Shown piece after piece: positions 54,046 to 64,000 of a DNA stretch of 64,000 nt. Position numbers and translations under genes: made by a program. The notes below the pieces were generated by a model. It was not told where the DNA came from. It was given only the letters and a program-made list of their open reading frames with translations, and made no database searches. How positions within the stretch are numbered: position 1 is the stretch's first letter; the number at the start of each line of letters is the position of its first letter. The stretch comes from Wickerhamiella versatilis (taxonomy: Eukaryota), in the NCBI GenBank assembly GCA_030867685.1, contig JAQOWU010000003.1, positions 434,001 to 498,000 of the forward strand, written 5' to 3'.

Positions 54046-55557
54046 ATGTGGTTTAGTCTATGCCCTACCCTTAGTACCACTATCTCTGTGCGAGAAAAGA
54101 CCATCAGAACTTACCTTACCAGATACCCTATGCTACCGAGTGAAAAATTCTCGGAGCTCGTTTTAGCGCTAAAATTACAAAATTCTCCGCCTCTGGCGAA
54201 AAAGGGTCCATTCTTTTTGAAACGTCGTCGTCGGGGTCCATATGCATTTACCGTTGAGGAGGTATCATATGCCTTGAAATCATCACTTGATGAAGCAACT
54301 AAAGTCTGCAATGAATTCATGAAATGTAGATTGATACATGACCCAGACGATCGAGTGGCCCACCAGATTAAATCGCATCCTCTTCGGTTTTTGCAACCCA
54401 CAGCCAAAGGCTTTGCAACAGTTCGTGATTACTGCAATGTTCGCGGCAGAATACCTCCTGGAGATGATAGGTACTGGACTATGAATTTGGTAACCCTTGA
54501 AAGAGCTCCAGGTACGCAGACATTGGTAGTGAGTCCAACGGTCGCAATGGTTTTGTGGTACAAAATGCTTGGAATCCACCCTGTTGTTTACGGAAAGGAG
54601 GACAAAAACCCCACTTTTCATCACGACGCTTGGTCACATCCCAGTACTTCCGCACTCAGTCAATACTGGTCTTCCGATGGAGTTCGTTTCTTCGAAAACT
54701 TACGATTCTTCCTAGACAATAAGAAGACTTATAGTAAAGACTTATGTCTCACGGGAAAGGCCATATGGCAATGGATTCTTGAATGCACAACAGTGGAATC
54801 TCCAGAAGAGGCTACCAATCTTGCCCAAATCATTTTGCGGCAGAAGTTCCTGGAACCCATCAATAATTGCGTGGCCGAAGCTGTAACATGCTCTGACAAC
54901 ATGCCAAGAGCCCTCAGCCGCTCGCAGTTCTACCAGCTAACTACAAGAGGAATCAGGCTTTGCCGGTGGGATGACCTTGTAAATGATGTATCGCCGACTC
55001 CACCCGACGATACTTGGAAATGGGAGCATGCCCCTCGACCACCAGGATATACACTGGATGATCTTTTCACGCAATATACCACGCTAGAACTAGTGCTCTC
55101 AGAGCCAGGTGTAAAAATGATGTTTCGGCAGAAACTGACAGAGTGGCTATGTGTCGAAAATTTGTATTTTATTGACGACTACAGACACCTACAGGCTCTA
55201 ATCGAGAGAAATACACAATCGGGCAAAAAGAGCTCAAGAATTATGGATCATATCAACTATATGGTGTCCTGTTATTTTCGTCTTGATGGCCCGCGGGAAT
55301 TGAACTTGTCATCATCATTAAAAGAGCGAGCTTGCCAGTTATTACCAAAAAAGGCCGATGATGCTATTAGGCAAATGATCCCAGTGCTACGCACCACCTA
55401 TGGGGAAACATGTGCACTTTTGTCCACCTTTTTAATACGATTTGCAGAGTGCGCAGAATGCCGCGAGGTGCCTTTGCGAAATTATGTGGTGGGCATCGCC
55501 AGCCAGGAAAACGACGACGTGCAAAGACTTACGCCGCTGACAGCAATAAAAATATAG
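54046..55557 (+). CDS. SST2: RGS protein with DEP domains (Sst2-like)
   Basis: YAFTVEE, LQPTAKG, LVTLER, DGVRF, TGKAIWQWILECT, YQLTTRG, L..VL.EPG..MMFR, CVENL.F, ELNLSSSL. Confidence 0.82.
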   Translation: MWFSLCPTLSTTISVREKTIRTYLTRYPMLPSEKFSELVLALKLQNSPPLAKKGPFFLKRRRRGPYAFTVEEVSYALKSSLDEATKVCNEFMKCRLIHDPDDRVAHQIKSHPLRFLQPTAKGFATVRDYCNVRGRIPPGDDRYWTMNLVTLERAPGTQTLVVSPTVAMVLWYKMLGIHPVVYGKEDKNPTFHHDAWSHPSTSALSQYWSSDGVRFFENLRFFLDNKKTYSKDLCLTGKAIWQWILECTTVESPEEATNLAQIILRQKFLEPINNCVAEAVTCSDNMPRALSRSQFYQLTTRGIRLCRWDDLVNDVSPTPPDDTWKWEHAPRPPGYTLDDLFTQYTTLELVLSEPGVKMMFRQKLTEWLCVENLYFIDDYRHLQALIERNTQSGKKSSRIMDHINYMVSCYFRLDGPRELNLSSSLKERACQLLPKKADDAIRQMIPVLRTTYGETCALLSTFLIRFAECAECREVPLRNYVVGIASQENDDVQRLTPLTAIKI

Positions 55558-55774
55558 CACTGGATCAGATAAAAGAATTCATAAATAATTATGGCGCTGG
55601 CGTCTTTCATCACTTTATATGTTGAATGAATCACATAGCATTAAGATATTATTATATTCCCTCAATAGTTGAAATTGGCATACAAATCTTTCAGTTCCGC
55701 AAGGCGTTTGGGCCATATAACTTCTATAACTTCTATAACATATAATATACAGGTCCTAACTTTATCTAACGGCA

Positions 55775-56593
55775 TCACATCCCGGGATAGATCATTTCCA
55801 TATATGTCGAAACGAGAGGAACCCCTTCACATTTACCTGGATGGACACCTAGCTCTCTGAATCCGGCCTTCTTATAAAAATTAACCCCCATAGGAGAAGA
55901 CATCAGCGATAACTTTGGCGGTGCGATTGTTTCTAGTGAACCATCTGATAATTTGGGGGAGAGGGGTTCCAGTCTTCTGATGCTTTCTTGAAAGAGTAAG
56001 CTACCGACACCGCGCCCTTGGCTATCCTTACGAACAACCATGGTACTACAACGAGTATAGTCATCTTCATCGTATTGTGTTTTGGCTAGCTCATCTTTGG
56101 AATAATGTGCGAGCGCTTGACGCTGGTGTGGGGTAAGTCTTGTATGCAAACACAAAGACCGTTCAATAGTCATTTCCTTCAAACTGTTTGGGGCCAAGGG
56201 CGGGCGGCTCTCTCCAATAAATAAAATAGTATCCAGAATACGACTGCATTGTTTTATCACCCAGCTACCTAATCGATGGTACCATGGAGCTTCAAGGCGA
56301 TAATCACGAGGAAGCACCCAGTGGACGTATGCATAATATACCCCACCTTTAGTGGCTACGAAAGAGCGTGTATTCACATCTCTAACGCCATTCCATATCC
56401 TGAAAGCGAGCCCTAGGCGACACCTCAAGTATGCATTCCGATATTCTGGCTGAACAGGGTGCTGGAAAATATAGTTCGGACCCTGAACGACACTGAACAT
56501 ATTGTCAGCCTGAAAACCATCCTCTATACAATCCGCAAGTCGTATCGCATCACACAATCCGAAACTATAATGGTTGACCTCCAATACTTCCAT
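55775..56593 (-). CDS. GNAT-family N-acetyltransferase
   Basis: Motif A VRKDSQGRGVGSLL and motif B SSPMGVNFYKKAGF. Confidence 0.85.
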   Translation of the reverse strand: MEVLEVNHYSFGLCDAIRLADCIEDGFQADNMFSVVQGPNYIFQHPVQPEYRNAYLRCRLGLAFRIWNGVRDVNTRSFVATKGGVYYAYVHWVLPRDYRLEAPWYHRLGSWVIKQCSRILDTILFIGESRPPLAPNSLKEMTIERSLCLHTRLTPHQRQALAHYSKDELAKTQYDEDDYTRCSTMVVRKDSQGRGVGSLLFQESIRRLEPLSPKLSDGSLETIAPPKLSLMSSPMGVNFYKKAGFRELGVHPGKCEGVPLVSTYMEMIYPGM

Positions 56594-56767
56594 GAGTCAG
56601 AACCTGAGGTAATTCGGTCTTATTCTTATTATGCTAATTCAGCTTTATATATTTAAACCCATTAGCTATTTGGAGTAGATATAATTGCATTACTGATTGT
56701 CAATAGTCTGAAGACTTTCTTGGATTGCTGCCAAGATTTGAGAGCGTGCGACAGAACCCTTGCTGTG

Positions 56768-56805
56768 CCAGGGTCCCCCAGGTCCCCCAGATCCCCCAGG
56801 TCCCA
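56768..56805. repeat. Tandem ~9-bp repeat (GGTCCCCCA, about 4 imperfect copies)
   Basis: ccagggtcccccaggtcccccagatcccccaggtccca. Confidence 0.85.
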
Positions 56806-56955
56806 AGTGCAGATCCATACTTTTTATAGCACAAGATGAATCGAGTTATCAGGGGTACGCAAGATATTTTGCTCTAGAAGCGCTCTGTAATATTGCATTC
56901 TCTAGGCATTAAATATATGTTCTGGGGCTATTGAATATGTACCACCTCACCTTTT

Positions 56956-57237
56956 TTATTTACTCAATCCAATCCAAAATGAATGCGACTTCTTAGAAAG
57001 CTCGGTAAACCCACCAATGAAGGTTCCATGACTGAATATATAGGGTACTGTCTTCTGGCGTGTGATAGCCGCTAGTTCTTTGCGCAGCTCGGGGCCTTGT
57101 GCTGTCTTGTCCAAAACAAGAACCTCTGGCTCCACATCATGATGCTCAGCTAGACGAAGAGCATTAAGGCAAAAGGGGCATGTGCTCGTGACAGCTAGAA
57201 ACAGCGGCTTTTGCACAAGTTTGGAAACCAAAGACAT
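56956..57237 (-). CDS. Dithiol glutaredoxin
   Basis: CPFC active site, QKTVPYIF, FIGG. Confidence 0.88.
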   Translation of the reverse strand: MSLVSKLVQKPLFLAVTSTCPFCLNALRLAEHHDVEPEVLVLDKTAQGPELRKELAAITRQKTVPYIFSHGTFIGGFTELSKKSHSFWIGLSK

Positions 57238-57617
57238 TGCGGTTATGACGAAAACCTAACCACAGTCGCCTTTGACCCTCTCATCTGCGAAGATCAGCCA
57301 CGCCTCCATGTTATTTATCATTTTCTTTTACATGACAATGCGGGATTGATTTGCTCACCCAGAGTTGAGATATTTCTATCGTGTCATTTATCAGGTTCAC
57401 AGTTGCATACATACATATATATTTCAGCTGTCAGATTCGGAAAAAACTGACATGTTTGATAAGATAAAAAAAATAAGAAGAAACTTGGAAACCTCATGAA
57501 TTCCAATCATTGGTAGCAGTCACCGTAGTAGCTATAAGGACTTTCCCTATTATTCGTGGCCAAAGTCGACCGATTCCAACCTATAAGATTTAAGTCAAAT
57601 ATTAAATCGAAGGTTTT

Positions 57618-58892
57618 CTATATACACTTCACGACGTGGTACTCTGTTTTACCAACACGTACAAGAAGAAGCTGATCAACAAGATCCTCTACAGTAACAA
57701 GGCGGTTATCAACTATTCGACGAGACGTACCAACGTACACACTGCGTTGCTTAAGCAGCCTGTCACACTCTGAGCCGGAGCGCTGTGTAATTGTCGCTAA
57801 AAGCTTTTTCCAAGGCATGGAAATAGCTGGTAATTTTTTCACTAGGCCCTGAGATTCAAATGCCTTAAGAATCTGTGCCGATGTAGCGTCTGCATGCTCA
57901 AAGACTACCTTGCTTACCATTGCCGCATCTTCAGCCAGCTCAGGCCCATGCACGAGCTCACAAACCTCTGAAGCGAGTCTTCTTTGTGGGATTCGTAACT
58001 CTGGTTTATGCCTCTGAAGGTCCTCAATTTCTGACATGGGTAACAAAGTGAACATTTTAAGGTATTTTCCAACGACGCTATCTGGAACGTTGAGAAAATA
58101 TTGATAGAGATGGTAGGGTGCAGTAAACGACTTGTCTAGGAATACTGCATTTCCCGCACTTTTGCCAAACTTTTCACCACTGGGTGTCGTAAGAAGAGGA
58201 ACTGTAAGTCCTTGAGGTTCCGGAGAACCTTGCTTTTTTAGGCGGTTAATGAAATCAATGCCTGCAGTAATATTCCCCCACTGATCGTGACCGCCAACTT
58301 GCACCACACAGCCTTTCTCGGAATAAAGATGCCAAAAGTCATATGCTTGCATCACTTGGTACGCAAACTCTCCAAATCCTATACCATCATGAGTATCAAG
58401 CCGCTGACGCACGCTCTCTCGAGCCAACATGGCCGAAACCCGAATGTAACGTCCGAACTTGCTCAGGAACCCAAGAAAAGTGACATCCTTCCACCAGTCG
58501 AAATTATTCACAGGAATTACAGGGCCACTATTGGTATAGCCGTACTTTTTGCCAAGTTCAGCACCGTTCTCGAAGAATTTCAGCATCTGGGCTTGAATTT
58601 GGTTAACGTTTTTTTGACGTTGTTCATCTTCGATCAATTTGCGCTCCGACACCCGACCACTAGGATCCCCAACCGACCCTGTGGCTCCTCCAACAAGGGG
58701 TATGATAGTCTGTCCGCGTAAATTAAACTGCAATAATACCATTAAAGGAAGAAGGTTACCTAGATGCAAAGACGGGGCACTTGGGTCAGCACCACAGTAC
58801 ACTGGTCCATTGATAAACTCAGAAGTAGACTGTGATATTAAAGAGCGCTGCCTCAACTCCCCTACAAATGTGGATAAGCGGCGTCTCAGCAT
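57618..58892 (-). CDS. MSY1: Mitochondrial tyrosyl-tRNA synthetase
   Basis: YCGADPSAPSLHLGNL, GDPSGR, EFAYQVMQAYDF, QVGGHDQWGNI, KFGKSAGNA; Arg-rich presequence MLRRRLST. Confidence 0.95.
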   Translation of the reverse strand: MLRRRLSTFVGELRQRSLISQSTSEFINGPVYCGADPSAPSLHLGNLLPLMVLLQFNLRGQTIIPLVGGATGSVGDPSGRVSERKLIEDEQRQKNVNQIQAQMLKFFENGAELGKKYGYTNSGPVIPVNNFDWWKDVTFLGFLSKFGRYIRVSAMLARESVRQRLDTHDGIGFGEFAYQVMQAYDFWHLYSEKGCVVQVGGHDQWGNITAGIDFINRLKKQGSPEPQGLTVPLLTTPSGEKFGKSAGNAVFLDKSFTAPYHLYQYFLNVPDSVVGKYLKMFTLLPMSEIEDLQRHKPELRIPQRRLASEVCELVHGPELAEDAAMVSKVVFEHADATSAQILKAFESQGLVKKLPAISMPWKKLLATITQRSGSECDRLLKQRSVYVGTSRRIVDNRLVTVEDLVDQLLLVRVGKTEYHVVKCI

Positions 58893-58960
58893 TTCATTAC
58901 TAGGTCTACTGTCGTCGCTTACATACACCTACTCTTTGTATTGCATTGGAAGCGAGATGG

Positions 58961-60646
58961 ATGAAAAGAGTTGGGCTGAGGCTACTTGATTACGCTCCAT
59001 CAAGTAATTTACGCACAAATCCACGGCATACATATCTACTAACCGGGAGGTATCGCCAACGTTACCTCCCTACTCCTGGCAGTGACCTGCCAGAAATTGC
59101 GACTGTTGTAGCTGCCCATTTGGATCAACCAAAGTCCAATAGTGCAAAACTAATTTCTGAAAGACTCGACATAAATCTTGCCGAAGAGCATAAGCGTTGG
59201 GCAGAACAGTCACCAAGATCGTTCCTGGTCAAGACAGGAATCCCTAGAAAAAATCTTGAACAGTGGGTTCGCTGCTTCAGAGCTCCAACCCTTTCTCGCG
59301 CTATTGATGTGATTCCGGGCACATGGCCTGGCTTCATGCTTCTGTATACCTTGCATCGAAAGATTCATAATTCTGAGGAGGCCCTGGTGGCTCTGAAATT
59401 ATGGGAAATGCAGCTGCCAGACGCACCAAAACATCTGCAACCGGAGCTCACAATTTTAGCTCTAAAGATTGCTCAAAACCATGTACTGGACGTTATACCT
59501 CAGATATGCAAGCATTTTATATCAGTTTGTTCACTTGACTCAGACGTTCTTAATGAGCTCCTATGGACTATCGCTGGGTTCGGCAAATCATGGTCATCTG
59601 TAGATATTCCGATGCTGCTTCGTGGTCAGCAGATACTTGTTGACGCCCGTCAGGGTGATCTCGATGCGAAGGGATATGCCTCACTAGGCTATACAGGCCG
59701 GTTTGCGAGCCCCGATGTAGCCAAGTCTTTTGTTGACAGGGCACCACCGAGCAGTCGAAGGGAATTTGCCTATAGGTTTGGAAAGCAAGCGATTAGAGTG
59801 CTAGCTGCTGGACCATCGGCTGCCGAGGTACTTGCGGAATTCTTCACACCGCAGCCACCAGATTCAGGACTAATGTGGGCTGTTCTGCTTTCAGCACTCT
59901 GTCATAGGGGTCTTCTTGATAGTGAGCTTACTGCAAAGCTTTGGAAAAGACACCAGACTGCTGGGGTAAGGCTGAAGACGATAACTTTGACACGCTTCCT
60001 TGAATCTGCGGACCCCACCTTGGCCTCTCAAATACTGAAGCATTGCATTTCTGTTGGTTTCAGTTTGAGAGCATCCTCTCTATCGCGGCTAGCCCGACAC
60101 CATGACTTGAGTTCGGCTAAACGCATATGGGAGCACTTCGGCGTAGCCTCATCACCAGAGTGCCTAATCGAACAACTGAAAGCGGAATCTCGTGTTGATA
60201 GAACTGGCGCGTGGACAACCTACCGTAGCCTGATCGACTTTATGCATCCATCGCGCATTGTGCTGAGATCACTTGTTCTTGCAGCAACCACCCCGAACGT
60301 TGTCTGGGACGGTCTCTATGCGCCACAAAGAGCTATTGTGGAGATAAAAAGGTGGGTTCGCTCCGAGGAGTCAGAAATAAATTTAATATATCCTGATGAG
60401 CCACTGCTTTACACGTATTTATTTATGTGTGGTCGTGCTGGTTACCACACTGAAATCAATGGATTTCTTGACTGGCTGGATAGGCTCTCGTTTAGACCAA
60501 CGAAGCGGCTACTTTTAGCGCTTTGCTACTTCAGCCCTCAACGCGATGCTTTGATGCTCATAGGACCTAAAAGTGGAGATAGCGCATGGCCATCCATGGC
60601 AGAATTCGAGGCTTATAAGGCAGGGATAGATCAGACGTCACCATAA
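58961..60646 (+). CDS. Helical-repeat protein, probably mitochondrial (PPR-like), function unknown
   Basis: 561-aa Leu/Ala/Arg-rich ORF with a basic N-terminus and PPR-like segments such as YTYLFMCGRAGY..EI..FLDWL. Confidence 0.6.
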   Translation: MKRVGLRLLDYAPSSNLRTNPRHTYLLTGRYRQRYLPTPGSDLPEIATVVAAHLDQPKSNSAKLISERLDINLAEEHKRWAEQSPRSFLVKTGIPRKNLEQWVRCFRAPTLSRAIDVIPGTWPGFMLLYTLHRKIHNSEEALVALKLWEMQLPDAPKHLQPELTILALKIAQNHVLDVIPQICKHFISVCSLDSDVLNELLWTIAGFGKSWSSVDIPMLLRGQQILVDARQGDLDAKGYASLGYTGRFASPDVAKSFVDRAPPSSRREFAYRFGKQAIRVLAAGPSAAEVLAEFFTPQPPDSGLMWAVLLSALCHRGLLDSELTAKLWKRHQTAGVRLKTITLTRFLESADPTLASQILKHCISVGFSLRASSLSRLARHHDLSSAKRIWEHFGVASSPECLIEQLKAESRVDRTGAWTTYRSLIDFMHPSRIVLRSLVLAATTPNVVWDGLYAPQRAIVEIKRWVRSEESEINLIYPDEPLLYTYLFMCGRAGYHTEINGFLDWLDRLSFRPTKRLLLALCYFSPQRDALMLIGPKSGDSAWPSMAEFEAYKAGIDQTSP

Positions 60647-60783
60647 TAGATTCAGAAAAAAACAGCGTGGGTAATTTTCTGATAATTAAAGGACTATGTA
60701 TCCTACAATGACAACCTATGATAGAAAACTATATTCTAGAGTAATTTTTTGGGGGGTAGCAAGAAGGGCATGATACCATATGT

Positions 60784-61371
60784 TCATAGATATTTATCTG
60801 CTCTCTGCATGATGTCGGTTATGTGTTTGTCGTGCTGACCAGTCAACTGAAACAAAGCTTTATCAAGCTTTCTGACATATTCTATGTTCGTTCCTGACGG
60901 TCCTATCGATTTAGCAATAAGCTTTGCTAAATCCTCGGGGTTTTGAGGGCCCACAAAGGCAGGGTTATCTGGCAAGACCATATATACAAGACAGTCAAAG
61001 GGATCTTTTCCAGATTGAGGAAAGAACTTCATTATATGATCTGTATAACCATGTTTCTCGCGATAATCCAGCTCTGCTCGGACCTCGTTTTTTTTCTCGT
61101 CACTGATGCGGTATGCCATTCCCCAAACAAGATCATCGGCACCGTAGGGATGCGGGTCATCCAACGTTCGCCAGTGATCAGCAGAAATAAGGGTAACTAC
61201 TCGGCCGGGATTTTCTGGCGTACCCCTGTGATCGTTAGAAGAAGACCAGAATCTACGAACGCACCCTTTAATGTAGCCCGGAACACTTTCAGCTACGTGC
61301 GAAGGTGGCTTCCATATAAGCGATCCATAACCAAAAATCCAAAAAGGATGGTCACTTGCCGGAGTCGACAT
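60784..61371 (-). CDS. GCG1: ChaC glutathione-specific gamma-glutamylcyclotransferase
   Basis: WIFGYGSLIWKPP, RRFW.SS.DHRGTPENPGRVVTL, LDYREK.GY, GPSGTNIEY. Confidence 0.93.
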   Translation of the reverse strand: MSTPASDHPFWIFGYGSLIWKPPSHVAESVPGYIKGCVRRFWSSSNDHRGTPENPGRVVTLISADHWRTLDDPHPYGADDLVWGMAYRISDEKKNEVRAELDYREKHGYTDHIMKFFPQSGKDPFDCLVYMVLPDNPAFVGPQNPEDLAKLIAKSIGPSGTNIEYVRKLDKALFQLTGQHDKHITDIMQRADKYL

Positions 61372-61573
61372 AGAATGTCAATTTCTTTAGTTTCTAAGGC
61401 ACGACCAATTGCAGCACTATGATCAGTAAGCCCCGATTCCCTACTGTTCCAGGACTCGGACACCGACACGGGCACATACACATACAGTGCTCTATGCACT
61501 CCGTGTTGTGGACATAGCAGATGATTAGCAATTTTAGAAACCTGGACCCTCATTGGACTGAGTGTTATATTTT

Positions 61574-62179
61574 TTAGGCAGTATTTAGCCGGGATACAAT
61601 GTCACTAAAATAGTGTCCATGCTTTTCAGCTATCTCCAGCTCTAAATTTGAAACAGGCCTCCTGATATTATCTCCTGTAATGCATCCAGCACCCCACGGT
61701 GACCCACCGTGGATTTCGTCCATGTTACACAACTGTTCAAAAGCATGACTATAGCCTAAAGGAACATACAGCATGCCATGTCGCACCAAAATTGACATGG
61801 ACTGATTTATCACATTTTCTTGGCCTCCACCCTGATCGGCTGATGAAATGAAAAGGCCTGCGAATTTTCCATGGAATGCAGAAGTGGTCCAGAGGCCACC
61901 AGTGGATGACCACCAGGCTACCCATTGTGCAGGTAAACCTTGAAATTTTGATGCGATACCAAACATATATCCATCGTAGTCCATCACCTCCCGCGCCTTA
62001 ACCACGGGATCATCGAACTTTAATGCCCCAATCTCTTTGAGCTTTTGTGGAGATACCGTTTCAGGAATTTGCAGTAAATCCGCACTTCCCCCCGCTTCCT
62101 CAATACCTACTTTTATTGCCAGCGCAAGCTGGCGCGTGTGGCCATAATGAGAATGGTATATAATGGCAATTTTGGTCAT
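61574..62179 (-). CDS. Flavodoxin-like NAD(P)H:quinone oxidoreductase (WrbA/Pst2/Ycp4/Rfs1 family)
   Basis: IAIIYHSHYGHT, QIPET, TGGLW, GGGQE, HGM.YVPLGY, HGGSPWGAG, LELEIA. Confidence 0.9.
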   Translation of the reverse strand: MTKIAIIYHSHYGHTRQLALAIKVGIEEAGGSADLLQIPETVSPQKLKEIGALKFDDPVVKAREVMDYDGYMFGIASKFQGLPAQWVAWWSSTGGLWTTSAFHGKFAGLFISSADQGGGQENVINQSMSILVRHGMLYVPLGYSHAFEQLCNMDEIHGGSPWGAGCITGDNIRRPVSNLELEIAEKHGHYFSDIVSRLNTA

Positions 62180-62571
62180 AATACCTGTGTTTGATCGGAG
62201 TTGAACCCCAGGCTCACTCTAAAGCCACACAATAGTATGCAAGGGCTAGGGTATTCATACCATCTGATGCAGAAGGGTGCTTTCGAAATAGTGAAAATTG
62301 GAAGAAAAAATGTATTTCACGATTCATCTCTGCCTATAACCAATGGAGAAATGCCCTTTTACCTGCTATTCTACCTTTAATTATATGTAACGCACAATAA
62401 TAATCAGAGTCAAGATCGTTTATTAACGAACACCTAACCCATTGGCCCACGATCGCATATGAAAATAAGTTCCCTGGTCTAATAGCATGCAAAAGGTAGT
62501 CTATAAGGAGCTTCTTTGCTAAATACTAGTTGAATTATGCAATTCATTCAGCTTAGACCAGAGTTCACCTT

Positions 62572-63222
62572 TTAGACAAGCCATTTTTTTGCCAGTTCGA
62601 CCCCATCTGCCACATTCTGCACACGAGCATCAATCAAGAACCCTTCCTCGCTCAAACGTTTCAGCTCTGCAGAGAGCGACTTAATGGGGATGCTAAATAC
62701 TTCAATGAATTCGTTCTCTTCAAGTTTGGGCTTCGGGTTCTGGTTGCGCTCATCTGTAAGATCTATATTTACCGTAACCATCTTCAAGTTGGTATTGCAA
62801 AATCCTGGATCATTAAATATCAAGGGAGTGACGCTCTGTGCTTTACCAATGTAGCCTGTTTCTTCATGTAGCTCACGTTCCGCACACGTCTCAATAGACT
62901 CATTAGGATCGAGCAGGCCCGCAGGCATCTCAATACATACGCCTCCTATAGGAGCACGGAATTGCCTTTCCAGCACAATTTCTGGATTTCCTGCCTTCTG
63001 GAGGATAGCAAGTATCCCTACACCATCACAATCCGCACCCTCAACGCGCGTGGTCCTGGACGCGTATTCCCAGTCCCTCTCCTTCCCGTGGGGATCCACA
63101 TAGTGTATACGACCTGTTGTCACCCACTTCGGCTGGGTGAGGGCTGACGTGCCGATAACATGGGCTCTACGAACAGACATTTTAGAGATCGGAAGCAATC
63201 GCCGTATTGGTCTGACAAACAT
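62572..63222 (-). CDS. YSA1: Nudix ADP-ribose pyrophosphatase
   Basis: YVDPHGKERDWE, QFRAP, Nudix box EMPAGLLDPNESIETCAERELHEETGY, DPGFCN. Confidence 0.92.
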   Translation of the reverse strand: MFVRPIRRLLPISKMSVRRAHVIGTSALTQPKWVTTGRIHYVDPHGKERDWEYASRTTRVEGADCDGVGILAILQKAGNPEIVLERQFRAPIGGVCIEMPAGLLDPNESIETCAERELHEETGYIGKAQSVTPLIFNDPGFCNTNLKMVTVNIDLTDERNQNPKPKLEENEFIEVFSIPIKSLSAELKRLSEEGFLIDARVQNVADGVELAKKWLV

Positions 63223-63580
63223 CACAGCAATGGTGCTGTAAAAGAGTGCAATGTGAGGATGACCCAATGGTAACGCAACATATTATATCATGTCTGAAGC
63301 ATCTTTCATACGCGACATTTTTTTTCAATCAGGTGGGATGAGCCGGTGGGCATCTCATAACGTCTATATTCATCCCATTAGTTGTTTTAGTGGTATAATT
63401 GGTTCGATGACGGCAAATCAATATAATAAAGTTGAATATCCTTATCAGTCCACATATGCAGGCATAAAATCTAGTCCTTTACTTGGGATATAATAATACT
63501 TTCGACGGTAGAAGGGGGTATGCGGCGGGGGCCAAGCAGTTGCCTTATTGTCTTTGCTGACTAATCAACACTTCATCAGC

Positions 63581-64000
63581 ATGAATCAAACACCACAGGC
63601 TCCACGCCTTTCGTTGGGCGAAATTGTCCAGCGGTTGGTGCAGCAAATGAAGATAGAGATGGGTAATGCAGATAGAGTCGGGCGTGGAACTCCTGTTGGC
63701 CAGCAACACATAGCGCGAGCTCAACAGATTCGAGCACAGTTAATACAATATCAACAACACGTTATACGGAACCAGCAAGCCCAGAGACCTGGTATGAATC
63801 CCCAGCAAATGGCTCAGGCTCAAGCTCAGGCTCAGGCTCAGGCTCAGGCTCAAGCTCAGGCCCAGGCTCAAGCCCAGGCTCAGGCTCAAGCCATGCGGCT
63901 ACGTGCTGCTCGTGCTGATCCACAGCAGCTGGCACAGCAACAGCAAAGAGCACAGCAGGCCCCACAGGCTGCCGCAGCTGGTGTACAGGCTGTGTCCGCA
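63581..64000 (+). CDS. Gln/Ala-rich protein, 5' part only (runs off the window); possibly a TAF12-like transcription cofactor
   Basis: Open frame from ATG 63581 (MNQTPQAPRLSLGEIVQRLVQQMK...) to the window end, with (AQ)13; missing from the ORF track because it has no stop. Confidence 0.7.
   Translation, partial: MNQTPQAPRLSLGEIVQRLVQQMKIEMGNADRVGRGTPVGQQHIARAQQIRAQLIQYQQHVIRNQQAQRPGMNPQQMAQAQAQAQAQAQAQAQAQAQAQAQAQAMRLRAARADPQQLAQQQQRAQQAPQAAAAGVQAVSA
63812..63889 (+). repeat. Coding hexamer microsatellite (GCYCAR)13 encoding poly-AQ
   Basis: gctcag/gctcaa/gcccag units in frame with ATG 63581. Confidence 0.9.

Noticed and set aside
55775-62179. GNAT, glutaredoxin, GCG1 and WrbA-like genes as a glutathione cluster
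   Set aside because: Interrupted by MSY1 and another gene, and all are common yeast families; chance proximity is sufficient
62197-62207. B-box-like GGTTCAACTCC (minus strand) as part of a tRNA gene
   Set aside because: The flanks do not form a T-stem or cloverleaf, and it lies just upstream of a protein start
63762-63965. Minus-strand PE-repeat ORF
   Set aside because: It is the antisense shadow of the plus-strand (AQ)n coding repeat
1-64000. The many 60-150 aa ORFs overlapping the long CDSs
   Set aside because: They are antisense or alternative-frame shadows of well-supported genes

Overview
Gene-dense, apparently intron-poor budding-yeast (Saccharomycotina) chromosomal segment read in the standard code. 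The gene content suggests an early-diverging lineage such as Wickerhamiella/Starmerella: dynactin p25, an Ffz-like MFS protein and several bacterial-type genes. This is an inference, not a confirmed species call. The window has two parts. (i) About 1.3-30.8 kb, between the core genes RCF2 and ATG16, is an accessory-looking block. It holds five MFS transporters, an ABCC pump, a FEX fluoride channel, a DUF1275 membrane protein, a GT25 enzyme, a cell-wall protein and an M19 dipeptidase. It also holds three intact intronless genes that look proteobacterial: an S66 LD-carboxypeptidase, a class II CobB-like sirtuin and a YqjG-type glutathionyl-hydroquinone reductase. (ii) About 31-64 kb is a compact run of housekeeping genes: ATG16, UNG1, a probable very divergent SUN protein, p25, ENG1/DSE4, a GCR1_C protein, TBF1, TAD3, VPS24, KEL1, SFP1, ADP1, SST2, a GNAT, a glutaredoxin, MSY1, GCG1, a PST2-like protein, YSA1, and a Q/A-rich gene cut by the window edge. 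I found no tRNA, rRNA, CRISPR array or intact transposon. All family calls come from motifs recognised by eye and from memory; no search was run. Where the ORF track used TTG/GTG or an implausible upstream start, I moved the start to the first plausible ATG.
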